DNA of 64,000 nt from an uncultured Dictyoglomota bacterium (GTDB taxonomy: Bacteria > Dictyoglomota > Dictyoglomia > Dictyoglomales > Dictyoglomaceae): the NCBI GenBank assembly GCA_964654465.1, contig CAZZIO010000029.1, forward strand, positions 12,998-76,997. Direction: 5' to 3'. The notes beneath the pieces are model-generated. The model had not been told where the DNA came from, searched no databases, and was given only the letters and a program-made list of their open reading frames with translations. Below, one piece after another: positions 28,118-38,937 of this stretch. The position numbers were made by a program, and so were the translations under genes. Each line of letters opens with the position of its first letter. Position 1 is the first letter of the stretch.

Positions 28118-29632
28118 TTACTTTATAATTATACTCCTTCCTTCCACCTTTGGATTTATAGGAGAATGTTTTTTCAAGTATTCTACAAAAACATCTCTTA
28201 ACATATCTCCGTAGATAATATTTTTGCCTCTTGTGAAAGCTGTAAATTTGTCTCCACCCGCAGCAAGAAAATCATTGGTTACTACTCTATAAACCTTGTT
28301 TAAATCTAAGGGTTCATTCCCAACAAAGACCTCTATCACCCTTGATCCTATAGGTCTTGTCATATTATATTTTACTCTAATTCCTGAAGTTTGTAAAATA
28401 CCCTTTTCTAAGGTAGCGCTTTGTTCTAAAAGATCTAATATGTCTTTTCCTGTTAGATCCATTATTACCAATACATTATCAAAGGGAAGTAGAGTATATA
28501 CTTGTTCCATTGTTATTTTACCCTTAGGGATATCTGTTCTTATGCCACCGCTATTTTGGAATGCAATTTGGGCATTACTTGCTTCTAACATTGCATCACA
28601 TATTACATTACCTACGTTTGATTCTTCATTATAATTTCTTACAAGATCCACAAGAGTTTCCCCTACAATTTTCGAAAATTCTTCTTTAAGTTGAGCATTA
28701 TATTTGTCAATTATTTCGGCTACATTAGGGTCATATTTATCCTCGGGTCCTGCAAAAACAGTTTTTAGTTCTTTTTCTTTTGTAAAACCTAAAATTAAAC
28801 CAGTTTCAGGTTGTACTTTTAAATCTAAAACCCCTAAATATATACCATTGTATCCTGCTTGTACAATAATTGTTCCTCTAACTATTAAAGGATCTGTAAC
28901 TACTGTATGGCTATGTCCTCCTACTATTACATCAATTCCAGGAACCTTTTCTGCAAGGGCTTTATCTGCAGCATAACCTAAGTGGGATAATACTATTATT
29001 AAATTGGCTCCTTGGTTTTTTACTTCCCTAATTAAGTTAGGGAGTACTTTTTCAGGTTCTATAAAAGTTAAATCTTTAACATAATCAGGTTTTACTATAT
29101 AAGCAGTTTCAGTAGTTGTAAGTCCTATTATTGCAATTTTAAGACCTTTTCTCTCAATAATGATATAGGGTTTAACATTTGGAAGATATGTTTCATCTTT
29201 TAATATATTTCCCGCTAAAAAGGGAAAATTGGAGGATTTTATCCATTGTTGCAGAGTATCTTGTCCCCAATCAAATTCATGATTTCCAATGGTCATGGCA
29301 TCAAACTTAAGATAATTCATTATTTTAATAACGGGTTCGCCTTTAAATATATTTGATATAGGAGTACCTTGGAACATATCTCCAGCAGAAAGAAGTATGG
29401 TGCCTTCTGGATTCTTAGCTCTTTCTTCGTTTATCATATAGGCTAAATAGGCTCCGCCACCTACTGGAATTTTCTCACTAATGCTTTTCACAATGTATGG
29501 TAGAAGTCTTCCATGAAAATCATTGATGTGGAGTATCTTTATATCTATTAAATTGGAAGTTTGAGAGAAAGAGAGGCTAATAAGAAGAAATAAAATCAAC
29601 AGGAGAAGGAGAGTTTTTTTTAAATACCTCAT
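28118..29632 (-). CDS. Secreted bifunctional metallophosphoesterase / 5'-nucleotidase
   Basis: Signal peptide, NDFHG, AGD, GNHEFD, HLG, GGHSH, NSGGIR, FLAAGGD. Confidence 0.92.
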   Translation of the reverse strand: MRYLKKTLLLLLILFLLISLSFSQTSNLIDIKILHINDFHGRLLPYIVKSISEKIPVGGGAYLAYMINEERAKNPEGTILLSAGDMFQGTPISNIFKGEPVIKIMNYLKFDAMTIGNHEFDWGQDTLQQWIKSSNFPFLAGNILKDETYLPNVKPYIIIERKGLKIAIIGLTTTETAYIVKPDYVKDLTFIEPEKVLPNLIREVKNQGANLIIVLSHLGYAADKALAEKVPGIDVIVGGHSHTVVTDPLIVRGTIIVQAGYNGIYLGVLDLKVQPETGLILGFTKEKELKTVFAGPEDKYDPNVAEIIDKYNAQLKEEFSKIVGETLVDLVRNYNEESNVGNVICDAMLEASNAQIAFQNSGGIRTDIPKGKITMEQVYTLLPFDNVLVIMDLTGKDILDLLEQSATLEKGILQTSGIRVKYNMTRPIGSRVIEVFVGNEPLDLNKVYRVVTNDFLAAGGDKFTAFTRGKNIIYGDMLRDVFVEYLKKHSPINPKVEGRSIIIK

Positions 29633-29669
29633 TGTTTTTTAATCCTCCTTTGGAAAGATTATGTTTTAA

Positions 29670-30908
29670 TTATAACAAGAATCTTATAAATATAAAAATT
29701 CCGAATGAAATTCCACTTTTCATTATATACTTGTAAACTTTATTCCAATCAGCATTAAAATATTCCCTTGTAAGAACTAAACAAAGATGCATAGGAGATA
29801 CCATTACTCCTAGATATCCGCTTAAGAATGCCAATAAGATGTATTTTAATGGATTAACATATGGAAGCATTCCCACTAATATTGGAAAGCTAATTCCAAT
29901 AGAAGCAGAGGTAACTCCAGTTAATATGCCAACTATAAAGGGTATCAAAAAGAAAATAAGAGGGGTTGGAATGAAAGAAAAGTTAAGTAAATAGGCAATA
30001 TCTGATACTGCTCCTGTAACTTCTAACATTTTTTTGAAGATCATTACCCCTAATATCAAGATTAGATTCTGTGGTTTTATTGAAGTCTTTAATGTATTAA
30101 AAATTTGGTGTGTATCAAAACGAAATATGACAAAAAGCAAAATAACAATTCCTAAAAGAACATATAAAAGATCAAAATGAAGAAAGATTACAGCAAAGAT
30201 TAATATCAAAATAGGTAGGAAGGAGATTATAAAATCTTTAATGGGATTTTGAGAAATTGATATACCTTGGTTTTCTAAATTTTGATCTTGAGCTTGTTCT
30301 AAGGAATCGATCTCTTTAGAAGGCATTTTATAAAAGGAAAAAAGTAAACCTATAGCAAGTACGAATAATCCATATGGTAATGCTTCTTTTACAAGAATGT
30401 TTATAGGAGTTTGGGTTAGAGCTGAAACCAATATAATTCCTGGATATATAGGTAGAAATGGTTCCCATATATGCCTAAGCCAATAATTTATATAGCTTTT
30501 TCTTTCAGGTTCTAAATTATCATTGTCTGTTGATTCTTCTATGAAAGGTGCAGAAAAAAGAGCTCCGCCTACAGATGGAAGAAGGCCCATTATGATTGGC
30601 ATAGATATCAAACGAATTTTATCGTCTTTAATCAAAGTTTTTAGCGAATTAACCATTTTTTTTAATACTTCTTTTTCTTTTAATATGGATTCAAATACTG
30701 CTATGAGATATAGGATTAAAAGAAGACTAATAGTATTCCAGTCTTTAACTGCTTCAAAAAAGGATTTTAAAATAGTATTTATGGATAGGCCAAAGCTTAT
30801 ACCCATAATTATGCTTCCACCTAAAAGTGCCCAATGAAGAGGGAATTTTTTGGATATTAATACTACAATAATACCAAAAATAATGGTTACCTTTAAGAGA
30901 GCTATCAT
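29670..30908 (-). CDS. DUF401-like membrane protein
   Basis: About 11 TM segments; GLLPSVGGALFSAP, NYWLRHIWE, SPMHLCL. Confidence 0.75.
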   Translation of the reverse strand: MIALLKVTIIFGIIVVLISKKFPLHWALLGGSIIMGISFGLSINTILKSFFEAVKDWNTISLLLILYLIAVFESILKEKEVLKKMVNSLKTLIKDDKIRLISMPIIMGLLPSVGGALFSAPFIEESTDNDNLEPERKSYINYWLRHIWEPFLPIYPGIILVSALTQTPINILVKEALPYGLFVLAIGLLFSFYKMPSKEIDSLEQAQDQNLENQGISISQNPIKDFIISFLPILILIFAVIFLHFDLLYVLLGIVILLFVIFRFDTHQIFNTLKTSIKPQNLILILGVMIFKKMLEVTGAVSDIAYLLNFSFIPTPLIFFLIPFIVGILTGVTSASIGISFPILVGMLPYVNPLKYILLAFLSGYLGVMVSPMHLCLVLTREYFNADWNKVYKYIMKSGISFGIFIFIRFLL

Positions 30909-30909
30909 C

Positions 30910-31806
30910 TTATATCACCCCTATCCATAAGTTTAATGTGATAAGAGAAATTAATGTGGAATAAATTATTACATGGGAGGCAAAAACAGAGTCCAAATCA
31001 AATTGTAAAGCAAGCACTAAGGCTGTTAGCATGGATGGCATAGCAGATTCTAATACAGTGACTTTATAGGGTACATCGGTTATTCCTAATACTCTTGAAA
31101 AGATTAAAGCAAGAAAGGGAAATAAGAGAAGTTTTAAGGTAATACCTGAGATAATACCTAATGTGGATTTATTGTTTTTTTGTGGTTTTGAAAAGGATAA
31201 ACCTAAAAGAAACATCATGAGTGGTGTTGTGGCTTTTCCTAATATGGAAAGACTATCGATTAAAAAATCAGGAAGTTTATAGGGTGAAATTATAAATCCT
31301 AAAATTAATCCCCATAAAGGGGGATTATTTACTACTTTTTTTATTGTAAAGTTAAGATTTACTTTCTGAGCACTTAGCAAACTTATCAAGATAATACCTA
31401 TTGTGTATATAAAAATAATCATACCTAATTGATCATAAATGATAGCAACAGTTAAACCTTGATTTCCATAAAGTTTCTCCATAATAGGATATCCTAGAAA
31501 GGTTACATTACCACCCACACTTACAAGAAAAAGACTTCCAATGGTTTTTTTGTTTAGATTTAGTCCAAAACCTATAAGTAGAGCAAGAATACCAGTTATG
31601 ATACTAACTATCCATTCTACAATTACTACTTTATATAATGAAATTTGTGGGGGGTTAGTGTAAATAGAATAAAATACTAAAGCAGGTAAAGAAAAGTTGT
31701 ATACGAATTTTGAAAATATTTCTCTATCTTCTTCTCTAAATATCTTATATTTAGAGATAAATCCTAATAAACTAATTAAAATCAGAGTTATTAATGTTTT
31801 TGACAT
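30910..31806 (-). CDS. AEC (auxin efflux carrier) family transporter
   Basis: LPALVF, GNVTFLGYP, NPPL, TPLMMFLLG, AMPS. Confidence 0.85.
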   Translation of the reverse strand: MSKTLITLILISLLGFISKYKIFREEDREIFSKFVYNFSLPALVFYSIYTNPPQISLYKVVIVEWIVSIITGILALLIGFGLNLNKKTIGSLFLVSVGGNVTFLGYPIMEKLYGNQGLTVAIIYDQLGMIIFIYTIGIILISLLSAQKVNLNFTIKKVVNNPPLWGLILGFIISPYKLPDFLIDSLSILGKATTPLMMFLLGLSFSKPQKNNKSTLGIISGITLKLLLFPFLALIFSRVLGITDVPYKVTVLESAMPSMLTALVLALQFDLDSVFASHVIIYSTLISLITLNLWIGVI

Positions 31807-33034
31807 TTTTCTTTGGATCCTCCACTTTATATACGAAATATAGAATATTTATTATTCCTAAAATGAGTAAGCAATGAAAAAGAAAGTAATATCCTTTTGT
31901 ATCTGCAATTTTTCCTGCCAAAATAGGAGCTATAAAGGAAAAAGGTGCAAAAATAAGATTGATAGATCCTAAATAAAGTTCTCTTCTTTGGGAAGGGGAA
32001 AGATCAAGTATAAAGGCTAAATCTCCAACATAGAAAGCACTATTTATAATTCCGATAAAAATATAAACCGTATAGAAAGAAATTATATTATTTGCAGTTA
32101 AGAGAAGAATAAGAGATATTAATGTTGAAATTCTTCCCAAAAGGAGGGTTATCTTGTGACCAAATTTATCTCCTATGGGGCCTATGATAAAGGATGAAAG
32201 AGCTTGGGAAATTAAAAGGATGCCTGTAAAGTCTGCAACTATCTTATCTGGAATTTTAAATTGTTTTACAGAGAAAACTGATACAAAACTGATAAAGGAT
32301 AATGAAAAGGTGTTTAGAATTCTTGAGATTGTATAATTTCTAAAATTTTTATCTTTAAAGACTATCTTTATACTTTTGATATACTCAGTGAGGGATGTAT
32401 CTTGAACTTCATTTTCGTCAGGTTCCTCTCTGGTCAAAGATAGGAAAACAAAGGATATTAATAGAGCTATTCCAGCACAAAGGAAAGAATAGCCAAAGTT
32501 TATTGGAAATTGATAGGTGGAAAGGAAATATCTCGCTAAAAAAGCACCTCCAATCCCCATTATAGCTCCCAAACCATTTCCCATTGCGAAAAAGGTTCCT
32601 CTTTTACTTGGATGTATTACCTTACTTATCATGCTCATCCAAGGAGGTCCTAAAAATCCCATTGAAAATGTTGCAATGGCAAGTAAAAATAATGACAGAT
32701 ATAAAGAAAGTTTTGGAAAAGGAGATGCTAAAAAGAAGGCTATAAAAGACATAAAAAGATATGGAAGTCTTTCTCCCATGGTTACTTTTAATACTAATTC
32801 TATTTTTCTTTTATATCTTTCTGAAGCTCTTGCACCTAATATGGCTGGAATTGCCCATCCTAAGTTTGCAATTGCAGGAATTAATCCAATCTCAAGATTT
32901 CCAGCACCTAAATTCTTGGCAAATAAGGGTAAGAGGGTCTGAATAGAACCAAAGGTCATTCCCAAATTAAAGAATGCATTATCTATGGCATTGACTATAA
33001 AGTTCCAGCTATAATCCTTTTCTCTTAGACTCAT
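31772..33034 (-). CDS. MFS transporter
   Basis: 12-TM pattern; GPIGDKFGHK and GKIADTKG motif-A-like loops. Confidence 0.85.
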   Translation of the reverse strand: MSLREKDYSWNFIVNAIDNAFFNLGMTFGSIQTLLPLFAKNLGAGNLEIGLIPAIANLGWAIPAILGARASERYKRKIELVLKVTMGERLPYLFMSFIAFFLASPFPKLSLYLSLFLLAIATFSMGFLGPPWMSMISKVIHPSKRGTFFAMGNGLGAIMGIGGAFLARYFLSTYQFPINFGYSFLCAGIALLISFVFLSLTREEPDENEVQDTSLTEYIKSIKIVFKDKNFRNYTISRILNTFSLSFISFVSVFSVKQFKIPDKIVADFTGILLISQALSSFIIGPIGDKFGHKITLLLGRISTLISLILLLTANNIISFYTVYIFIGIINSAFYVGDLAFILDLSPSQRRELYLGSINLIFAPFSFIAPILAGKIADTKGYYFLFHCLLILGIINILYFVYKVEDPKKNVKNINNSDFN

Positions 33035-33145
33035 AGCTTTTATAATATCAAATTTTTAATCTTCAGATAAGACTAATATTAAATGAAAAATTTAATGTAT
33101 AATTTAAAATCAAGAAAATAATTATTTGTTGGGAGGATTACTTTT

Positions 33146-34075
33146 ATGGGATATATGAAGGGAAGAGATCTACTTTCTATTTTGGATCTTTCAAAAGAAG
33201 AAATGGAGTATATATTTTCTCTTGCTAAAAGTTTGAAAAGTGATTTTCTTTCTGGAAAAAAACAGCATGATTATCTGAAAGGAAAAACAGTAGCCTTATT
33301 TTTTGAAAAACTATCTACCAGGACAAGAATATCTTTTGAGGTAGGAGTATATCAATTGGGAGGATATCCTCTTTATCTTAATGTTCAAGATATGCAACTA
33401 AAGAGAGGAGAAACAATTTCTGATACAGCGAGGGTACTTGAAAGATATGTGGATGGTATAATGGCAAGGGTTTATCAACATTCAACTTTAGAAGAGTTAG
33501 CAAAATGGGCTAATATACCGGTGATAAATGGACTTTCTGATTTGGAACATCCATGTCAAGTTATTTCTGATTACTATACTATTTTTGAAAAAAAGGGATA
33601 TAAAAGATTAAAGATAGTTTATCTTGGTGATGGAAATAATGTGGCTAATTCGTTAATTTTGGCCGGAGCTCTTTTAGGTATGGAGATAGTATGCTCATCT
33701 CCAAAAGAATATTATCCTCCTTTAGAGATTATAAGAAAAGCTGAGGATTTAGCTAATAAAACAGGTGGAAGTGTGCAAATTATAGAAGATCCAAAAGAAG
33801 CAGTAAAAAATGCTGATGTTTTATATACAGATGTATGGGTAAGTATGGGACAAGAGGAAGAGAAAGAGTTAAGGAGAAGGGTTTTTCCTCCATATCAGTT
33901 AAACAAAGATCTTGTTAGTTTGGCAAAAGATGATGTTATAGTAATGCATTGTCTTCCTGCCCATAGAGGTGAAGAGATTACAGATGATGTTATGGATGGG
34001 GAACATTCGGTGGTTTTTGATCAAGCAGAAAACAGACTACACGTACAAAAAGCTATCTTGGCTTTGTTTATTTGA
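33146..34075 (+). CDS. argF: Ornithine carbamoyltransferase
   Basis: STRTR, HPCQ, DVWVSMG, HCLPAHRGEE, QAENR. Confidence 0.97.
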   Translation: MGYMKGRDLLSILDLSKEEMEYIFSLAKSLKSDFLSGKKQHDYLKGKTVALFFEKLSTRTRISFEVGVYQLGGYPLYLNVQDMQLKRGETISDTARVLERYVDGIMARVYQHSTLEELAKWANIPVINGLSDLEHPCQVISDYYTIFEKKGYKRLKIVYLGDGNNVANSLILAGALLGMEIVCSSPKEYYPPLEIIRKAEDLANKTGGSVQIIEDPKEAVKNADVLYTDVWVSMGQEEEKELRRRVFPPYQLNKDLVSLAKDDVIVMHCLPAHRGEEITDDVMDGEHSVVFDQAENRLHVQKAILALFI

Positions 34076-34113
34076 TGCTTTTTTAAAATTCATTTTTAAT
34101 GTAAAATATTTCT

Positions 34114-36117
34114 ATGAGAAGTGTTTTCATTAAGATAGGTATACTTTTAGTATTCTTTGTATTACTCTTAGGTTTGTCCTCTTTAACCTTTTTTAAGGTA
34201 TGGGAGAAACAAACTATAGATCTAAGATTTCATATTAGGGGAGAGACAAAACCCTCAGAAGATATTGTTATTGTTGGTATAGACGATAACTCAATTGAAG
34301 GTATTGGAAATTGGCCTTGGGAAAGATCTATTCATGGTAGATTTCTTGAAGTTCTAAGAAAAGAAAATCCTAAACTTGTAGTTTTTGATATTTTGTTTGA
34401 TACCAAAACAGCTAAGGATACCATATTTGCTAAAAGCTTGAAATCCTTTAAGAAAGTTGTTTTATCTAATTATTTATATACTTATTTTGATAAAAGGCTT
34501 AATATAAGTCTACTTTCTCTAAAAGAACCGGTAGATATAATAAAGGAAGCTTCTCTTGCTACGGGTTATAGTAATGTATTAATAGATGACGATAATAAGG
34601 TCAGAAGGGCAAGACCTTATGAAGTGAATGAAACAGGTATTAAATACTATTCATTACCGCTTGTGGTTTATGGGATAGTTAGAAATGAATTTCCATATAA
34701 ATATATTTATAAATTACCTGAGTTCTTTTATATAAATTTTAGGGGTGGAGAAGGATCATTTAGATATTTTTCCTATATAGATGTTTTAAATGGGAGATTC
34801 ACTCCTAATACTTTTAAGAATAAGATTATTTTTGTGGGAGCTGTTTCTCCTATGTTAAAAGATACTTTTCTCCATCCTTTTTCAGGATATTTATCTCCTT
34901 CTGGAAAATCATATTCATATATGCCGGGTGTAGAAATCCATGCTAATATTCTTGATAATTTGTTAAATAATGATTATTTTAAAACCATAATTTTCCCTTT
35001 AATTCTAATAATTAATTTTCTTTCTGTATTTTTTACAGGTATTTTTTTAGGTAAAAAGATGGTTTTGAATGTTTTTATAACTATCTTTCTTATCTTGTTA
35101 TATTTTGGACTTTCTTATTATTTGTTCTTGAAACATATTATAGCTCCTGTGGTTTCTCCTTCTCTTGGGATGGTATTGGGTTTTTTAGGAAATTTGGTAT
35201 ATCAGAGTATACTGCCTAAGGAAAGATTAGAAGGAATTACTATTAAGAAAAGATATAAAATATTGAAAAAACTAGGATCTGGGGGTATGGCTTCAGTTTA
35301 TTTGGCAAAAGATTTAGTTACTAAGAAAGATGTTGCCATAAAAATACTTCATCCCCAATATGCAGAAGATAAAGAGGTCTTAGAAAGATTTTATAGAGAA
35401 ATACAAGTATGTAAAGATCTTGATCATCCTAGTATCGTTAAGGTGCTTGATCATGGAAAAGAGGATGATCATGTATTTATGGTAATGGAATATGTGTCAG
35501 GGAAAGATTTGAAGAAAATTATGGAGGAGAAAGGTCCTATACCTGTGGATTTAGCAGTGGAAATTATAAAAAAAGTTGCTTGTGCTCTTTCCTATGCAAA
35601 TTCAAAAAATATTGTACATAGAGATATAAAACCTCAAAATATTATGATAACTAATGATGGTAAAGTAAAACTCATGGATTTTGGAATTGCCCGAATAGGG
35701 GGACTTACCACATTAACTCAGACAGGTATTTTTATGGGTACTCCTCAGTATGCATCTCCAGAACAGTTAGAAGGTAAAAAAGTAGATATTAGATCTGATA
35801 TTTTTTCCTTAGGAATAGTTTTTTATGAAATGTTAACGGGATTATTACCTTATGCTGAAGAAACAACTATTTCTCTTATGTTAAAAAGATATCAAGAAGA
35901 ATTACCAGATGTAAGGAGTATCAATCCCAATATACCTGAGGGAATATCTATGATTATTAAAAAAATGACTGCCCGTTTTCCAGAATTTAGATATCAAACT
36001 CCAGAAGAATTAATTGATGACCTCAATAGAGGTTATCCTTTACATCCTTATGAAGAGAAAAATATTTCATCTTCAGATACAATTATAAGAAGGGATAAAG
36101 ATAAAAAAGATAATTAG
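34114..36117 (+). CDS. CHASE2-domain transmembrane Ser/Thr protein kinase
   Basis: CHASE2 motifs IVIVGIDD..WPWERS, VFDILF, INF, PGVEIHA; 3 TM; kinase GSGGMA, VAIK, HRDIKPQN, DFG, GTPQYASPEQ. Confidence 0.9.
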   Translation: MRSVFIKIGILLVFFVLLLGLSSLTFFKVWEKQTIDLRFHIRGETKPSEDIVIVGIDDNSIEGIGNWPWERSIHGRFLEVLRKENPKLVVFDILFDTKTAKDTIFAKSLKSFKKVVLSNYLYTYFDKRLNISLLSLKEPVDIIKEASLATGYSNVLIDDDNKVRRARPYEVNETGIKYYSLPLVVYGIVRNEFPYKYIYKLPEFFYINFRGGEGSFRYFSYIDVLNGRFTPNTFKNKIIFVGAVSPMLKDTFLHPFSGYLSPSGKSYSYMPGVEIHANILDNLLNNDYFKTIIFPLILIINFLSVFFTGIFLGKKMVLNVFITIFLILLYFGLSYYLFLKHIIAPVVSPSLGMVLGFLGNLVYQSILPKERLEGITIKKRYKILKKLGSGGMASVYLAKDLVTKKDVAIKILHPQYAEDKEVLERFYREIQVCKDLDHPSIVKVLDHGKEDDHVFMVMEYVSGKDLKKIMEEKGPIPVDLAVEIIKKVACALSYANSKNIVHRDIKPQNIMITNDGKVKLMDFGIARIGGLTTLTQTGIFMGTPQYASPEQLEGKKVDIRSDIFSLGIVFYEMLTGLLPYAEETTISLMLKRYQEELPDVRSINPNIPEGISMIIKKMTARFPEFRYQTPEELIDDLNRGYPLHPYEEKNISSSDTIIRRDKDKKDN

Positions 36118-36575
36118 AGGCATTTAAATACTAAGACCACATCTCCTAATTGTATGATGTCTCCATCATGTAAAAGTTCCTTATTAACTTTTAATCCATT
36201 TACCATTGTTCCATTAGCACTTCCCAAATCCTCTATAAAATATTTATCCTCACTTCTTATTATCTTAGCATGAAATCTTGACACTGTTGGATTAACTATT
36301 ACAATGTCATTTTCCCTTTCTCTTCCAATAGTTGTTTCGTCTTTAATAATTTTAAAGTCTTTACCTCTATCTTCTCCATGTTTTATGATTAAGTATGCCC
36401 AATTTATAGGAAGAAGTGTAGCATCCATTTTCATAGTATTAGAAGTGCCAGTTATTATATCATTTTTACCCATCTTTTGGATATTGATTTTCCCTTTTTC
36501 CTTTCTTCTCAAATAAATATCATATATTAATAGGGCAATAAAGATTACTAATAAAATAACTAAAAAAATATTCAA
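36114..36575 (-). CDS. Membrane-anchored FHA domain protein (likely TTG start 36575)
   Basis: N-terminal TM; IGR, VSRFHA, DLGSANG; own promoter TTGCCA-N17-TATAAT at 36611-36639. Confidence 0.9.
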   Translation of the reverse strand: MNIFLVILLVIFIALLIYDIYLRRKEKGKINIQKMGKNDIITGTSNTMKMDATLLPINWAYLIIKHGEDRGKDFKIIKDETTIGRERENDIVIVNPTVSRFHAKIIRSEDKYFIEDLGSANGTMVNGLKVNKELLHDGDIIQLGDVVLVFKCL

Positions 36576-36662
36576 TTTCCTTCCCCCTTTCATTTAGATC
36601 TTTATTGATGATTATATAAGAAAAATCGAAATTTGGCAATGATTGTTAAAGTTTATTAAAAT

Positions 36663-36693
36663 AATGCATAAAATTGCATTTTTATGGTATAAT
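36663..36693 (+). promoter_or_regulatory. ARG-box-like operator (36663-36680) overlapping the argG promoter
   Basis: AATGCA-TAAAAT-TGCATT 18-mer; extended -10 TGGTATAAT at 36685-36693. Confidence 0.6.
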
Positions 36694-36723
36694 TTTTCAA
36701 AATTGATTGGGAGGTATATGGTT

Positions 36724-37917
36724 ATGAGTAAAGACAAAGTAGTGCTTGCATATTCTGGAGGATTAGATACCTCTGTAGCGATAAAATGGCTTATGCAAAA
36801 ATATTCATTAGATGTAATAACTTTGACAGTAGATATTGGGCAGGGAATAGATTTGGAAGAAATAAAGAAAAAGGCTGAAAATTTAGGGGTAAAGAAGGCT
36901 TATGTTCTTGATTTAAAAGAAGAATTTGTAAATGATTATATAATTCCTGCTATAAAAGCTAATGCAATGTACGAAGGAGTTTATCCTCTTGCCACAGCTC
37001 TATCAAGACCTCTTATTGCTAAATATTTAGTTAAAGTGGCAAAGGAAAATGGAGCAAAGTATGTAGCTCATGGGTGTACTGGAAAAGGAAATGATCAGGT
37101 TAGAATAGATCTTGGGGTGAAGGCCTTAGCACCAGATTTAGAAATTATTGCTCCAGTTAGGGAATGGAATTTTTCGAGAGAAGAAGAGATTGATTATGCA
37201 ATAGAGAATAATATACCTATACCTGTTTCAAGAAAAAGTCCTTTTAGTATTGATGAGAATTTGTGGGGAAGAAGTATAGAGGGTGGAATTTTAGAAGATC
37301 CATGGCAGGAGCCTCCAGAGGAAATTTATCAATGGACAAAATTAGAGAAGGAAGAACCATCTTATATTGAAATTACTTTTGAAGAAGGAATCCCTGTAGA
37401 ATTAAATGGTGAAAGAAAAAATCTATTACAAATAATAGAAAACTTGAATGAGATCGTTGGTTCATATGGGATAGGAAGAATAGATCATATTGAAAATAGA
37501 CTTGTGGGAATCAAATCTAGAGAAATTTATGAGGCACCCTCTGCGGTGGTAATAATAAAGGCTCATGAAGCTTTAGAAGATATGGTATTACCAAGAGAAC
37601 TTGCACATTTTAAGAAGATTCTTGAGGGGAAATATGCTGAACTTGTATATTATGGCCTTTGGTTTGATCCTTTTAGAGAAGCTATTCAAGCCTTTATGGA
37701 TAAAACTCAAGAAAGAATCACAGGAAAAGTAAGGATAAAGCTTATGCCTTGGAATTTTTCTGTAGTAGGAAGAATGTCTCCCTACTCTTTGTATGATCAT
37801 GGGCTTGCTACTTATGATAAAGGAAGCACCTTTTCTACTGAGTCAGCAGTAGGTTTTATAAAACTTTTTGGACTTCAAAATTATCTATATGCATTAAGGG
37901 GAAACCAAAATGATTAG
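36724..37917 (+). CDS. argG: Argininosuccinate synthase (start moved to ATG 36724)
   Basis: [41 protein letters not shown]. Confidence 0.97.
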   Translation: MSKDKVVLAYSGGLDTSVAIKWLMQKYSLDVITLTVDIGQGIDLEEIKKKAENLGVKKAYVLDLKEEFVNDYIIPAIKANAMYEGVYPLATALSRPLIAKYLVKVAKENGAKYVAHGCTGKGNDQVRIDLGVKALAPDLEIIAPVREWNFSREEEIDYAIENNIPIPVSRKSPFSIDENLWGRSIEGGILEDPWQEPPEEIYQWTKLEKEEPSYIEITFEEGIPVELNGERKNLLQIIENLNEIVGSYGIGRIDHIENRLVGIKSREIYEAPSAVVIIKAHEALEDMVLPRELAHFKKILEGKYAELVYYGLWFDPFREAIQAFMDKTQERITGKVRIKLMPWNFSVVGRMSPYSLYDHGLATYDKGSTFSTESAVGFIKLFGLQNYLYALRGNQND

Positions 37918-38920
37918 AGTAGGTATTGTAGGTGCTTCTGGATATGTAGGACAAGAACTTACTCGGATCTTGTTGAAACATGGAAAAGTAGAAAAAATAT
38001 ATCTTTTTACTGACCATTTTGAAGGTGCTGATATATTTAGAGGTGACAAGTTAATAATAAGGGAAAGAAAAGATTACCAAGAATATGTGGATGATTTAGA
38101 TTTATTCTTTTTTGCCCTTGGAAATGGGGAGCTTTTAAAAATTTTATCAGAAAGTAGAGTTCCAGAAAGATTCATAGATTTAAGTGCAGATTTTAGATTT
38201 AAAAATCCTTATGAGTATGAGAGAATTTATGGTATAAAACATACATTACCTAATGTATTAGAGGAAGTTGTATATGGACTTCCAGAGATTTTTAGAAAAG
38301 AAATAAAAAAGGCAAAATATATTGCAAATCCTGGGTGTTATCCTACTGCTTCTATTTTAGGGATATATCCATTGATTAAGGAAGGAAAGACTTTTGGATC
38401 TGCAATTATAGATGCAAAATCTGGGATTTCAGGTGCAGGTAGAAAACCTTCTGATAAAAATATATATGGAAACATTGCAGAAAATTTCCAGGCTTATTCT
38501 ATTCTAAATCATAGGCATCAGCCTGAAATAGAGAATGTGATTAAAGAATTTGGTTATATAAAAGTTTTATTTGTACCTCAACTTTTACCAACCTTTAGAG
38601 GTATATTTGCTTCCATATATGTACCTTTAAATGAAGAGATATCTTCTGAAGATCTTTTTGAAATTTACACGAATATATATAAAAATGAACCTTTTGTTAA
38701 AGTTCTTCCTCCTTTTACTTCCCCAGAAATTAAGAAAGTAAGAGGGACGAATTGGGTATTTATAAGTGCTCAAGTAGATAAGAATACTAAAAATGCATTA
38801 ATATTTGTGGCTATAGATAATTTGATAAAGGGAGCTGCGGGACAAGCAGTACAAAACATGAATATTATGTTTGGTTTTTCAGAGGAAGAAGGACTTGATT
38901 TTTTACCTTTATATCCATAG
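37910..38920 (+). CDS. argC: N-acetyl-gamma-glutamyl-phosphate reductase
   Basis: [40 protein letters not shown]. Confidence 0.96.
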   Translation: MIRVGIVGASGYVGQELTRILLKHGKVEKIYLFTDHFEGADIFRGDKLIIRERKDYQEYVDDLDLFFFALGNGELLKILSESRVPERFIDLSADFRFKNPYEYERIYGIKHTLPNVLEEVVYGLPEIFRKEIKKAKYIANPGCYPTASILGIYPLIKEGKTFGSAIIDAKSGISGAGRKPSDKNIYGNIAENFQAYSILNHRHQPEIENVIKEFGYIKVLFVPQLLPTFRGIFASIYVPLNEEISSEDLFEIYTNIYKNEPFVKVLPPFTSPEIKKVRGTNWVFISAQVDKNTKNALIFVAIDNLIKGAAGQAVQNMNIMFGFSEEEGLDFLPLYP

Positions 38921-38937
38921 ATTAAGGAGAGATAAAT

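Noticed and set aside
36643..36723. Longer N-termini from the ORF track for argG (also ROK 11462, SBP 12793, argD 40094, RpiR 49417, fprA 55117, cbiO 59510)
   Set aside because: The extensions run through promoter or SD sequence; downstream starts have proper SD spacing
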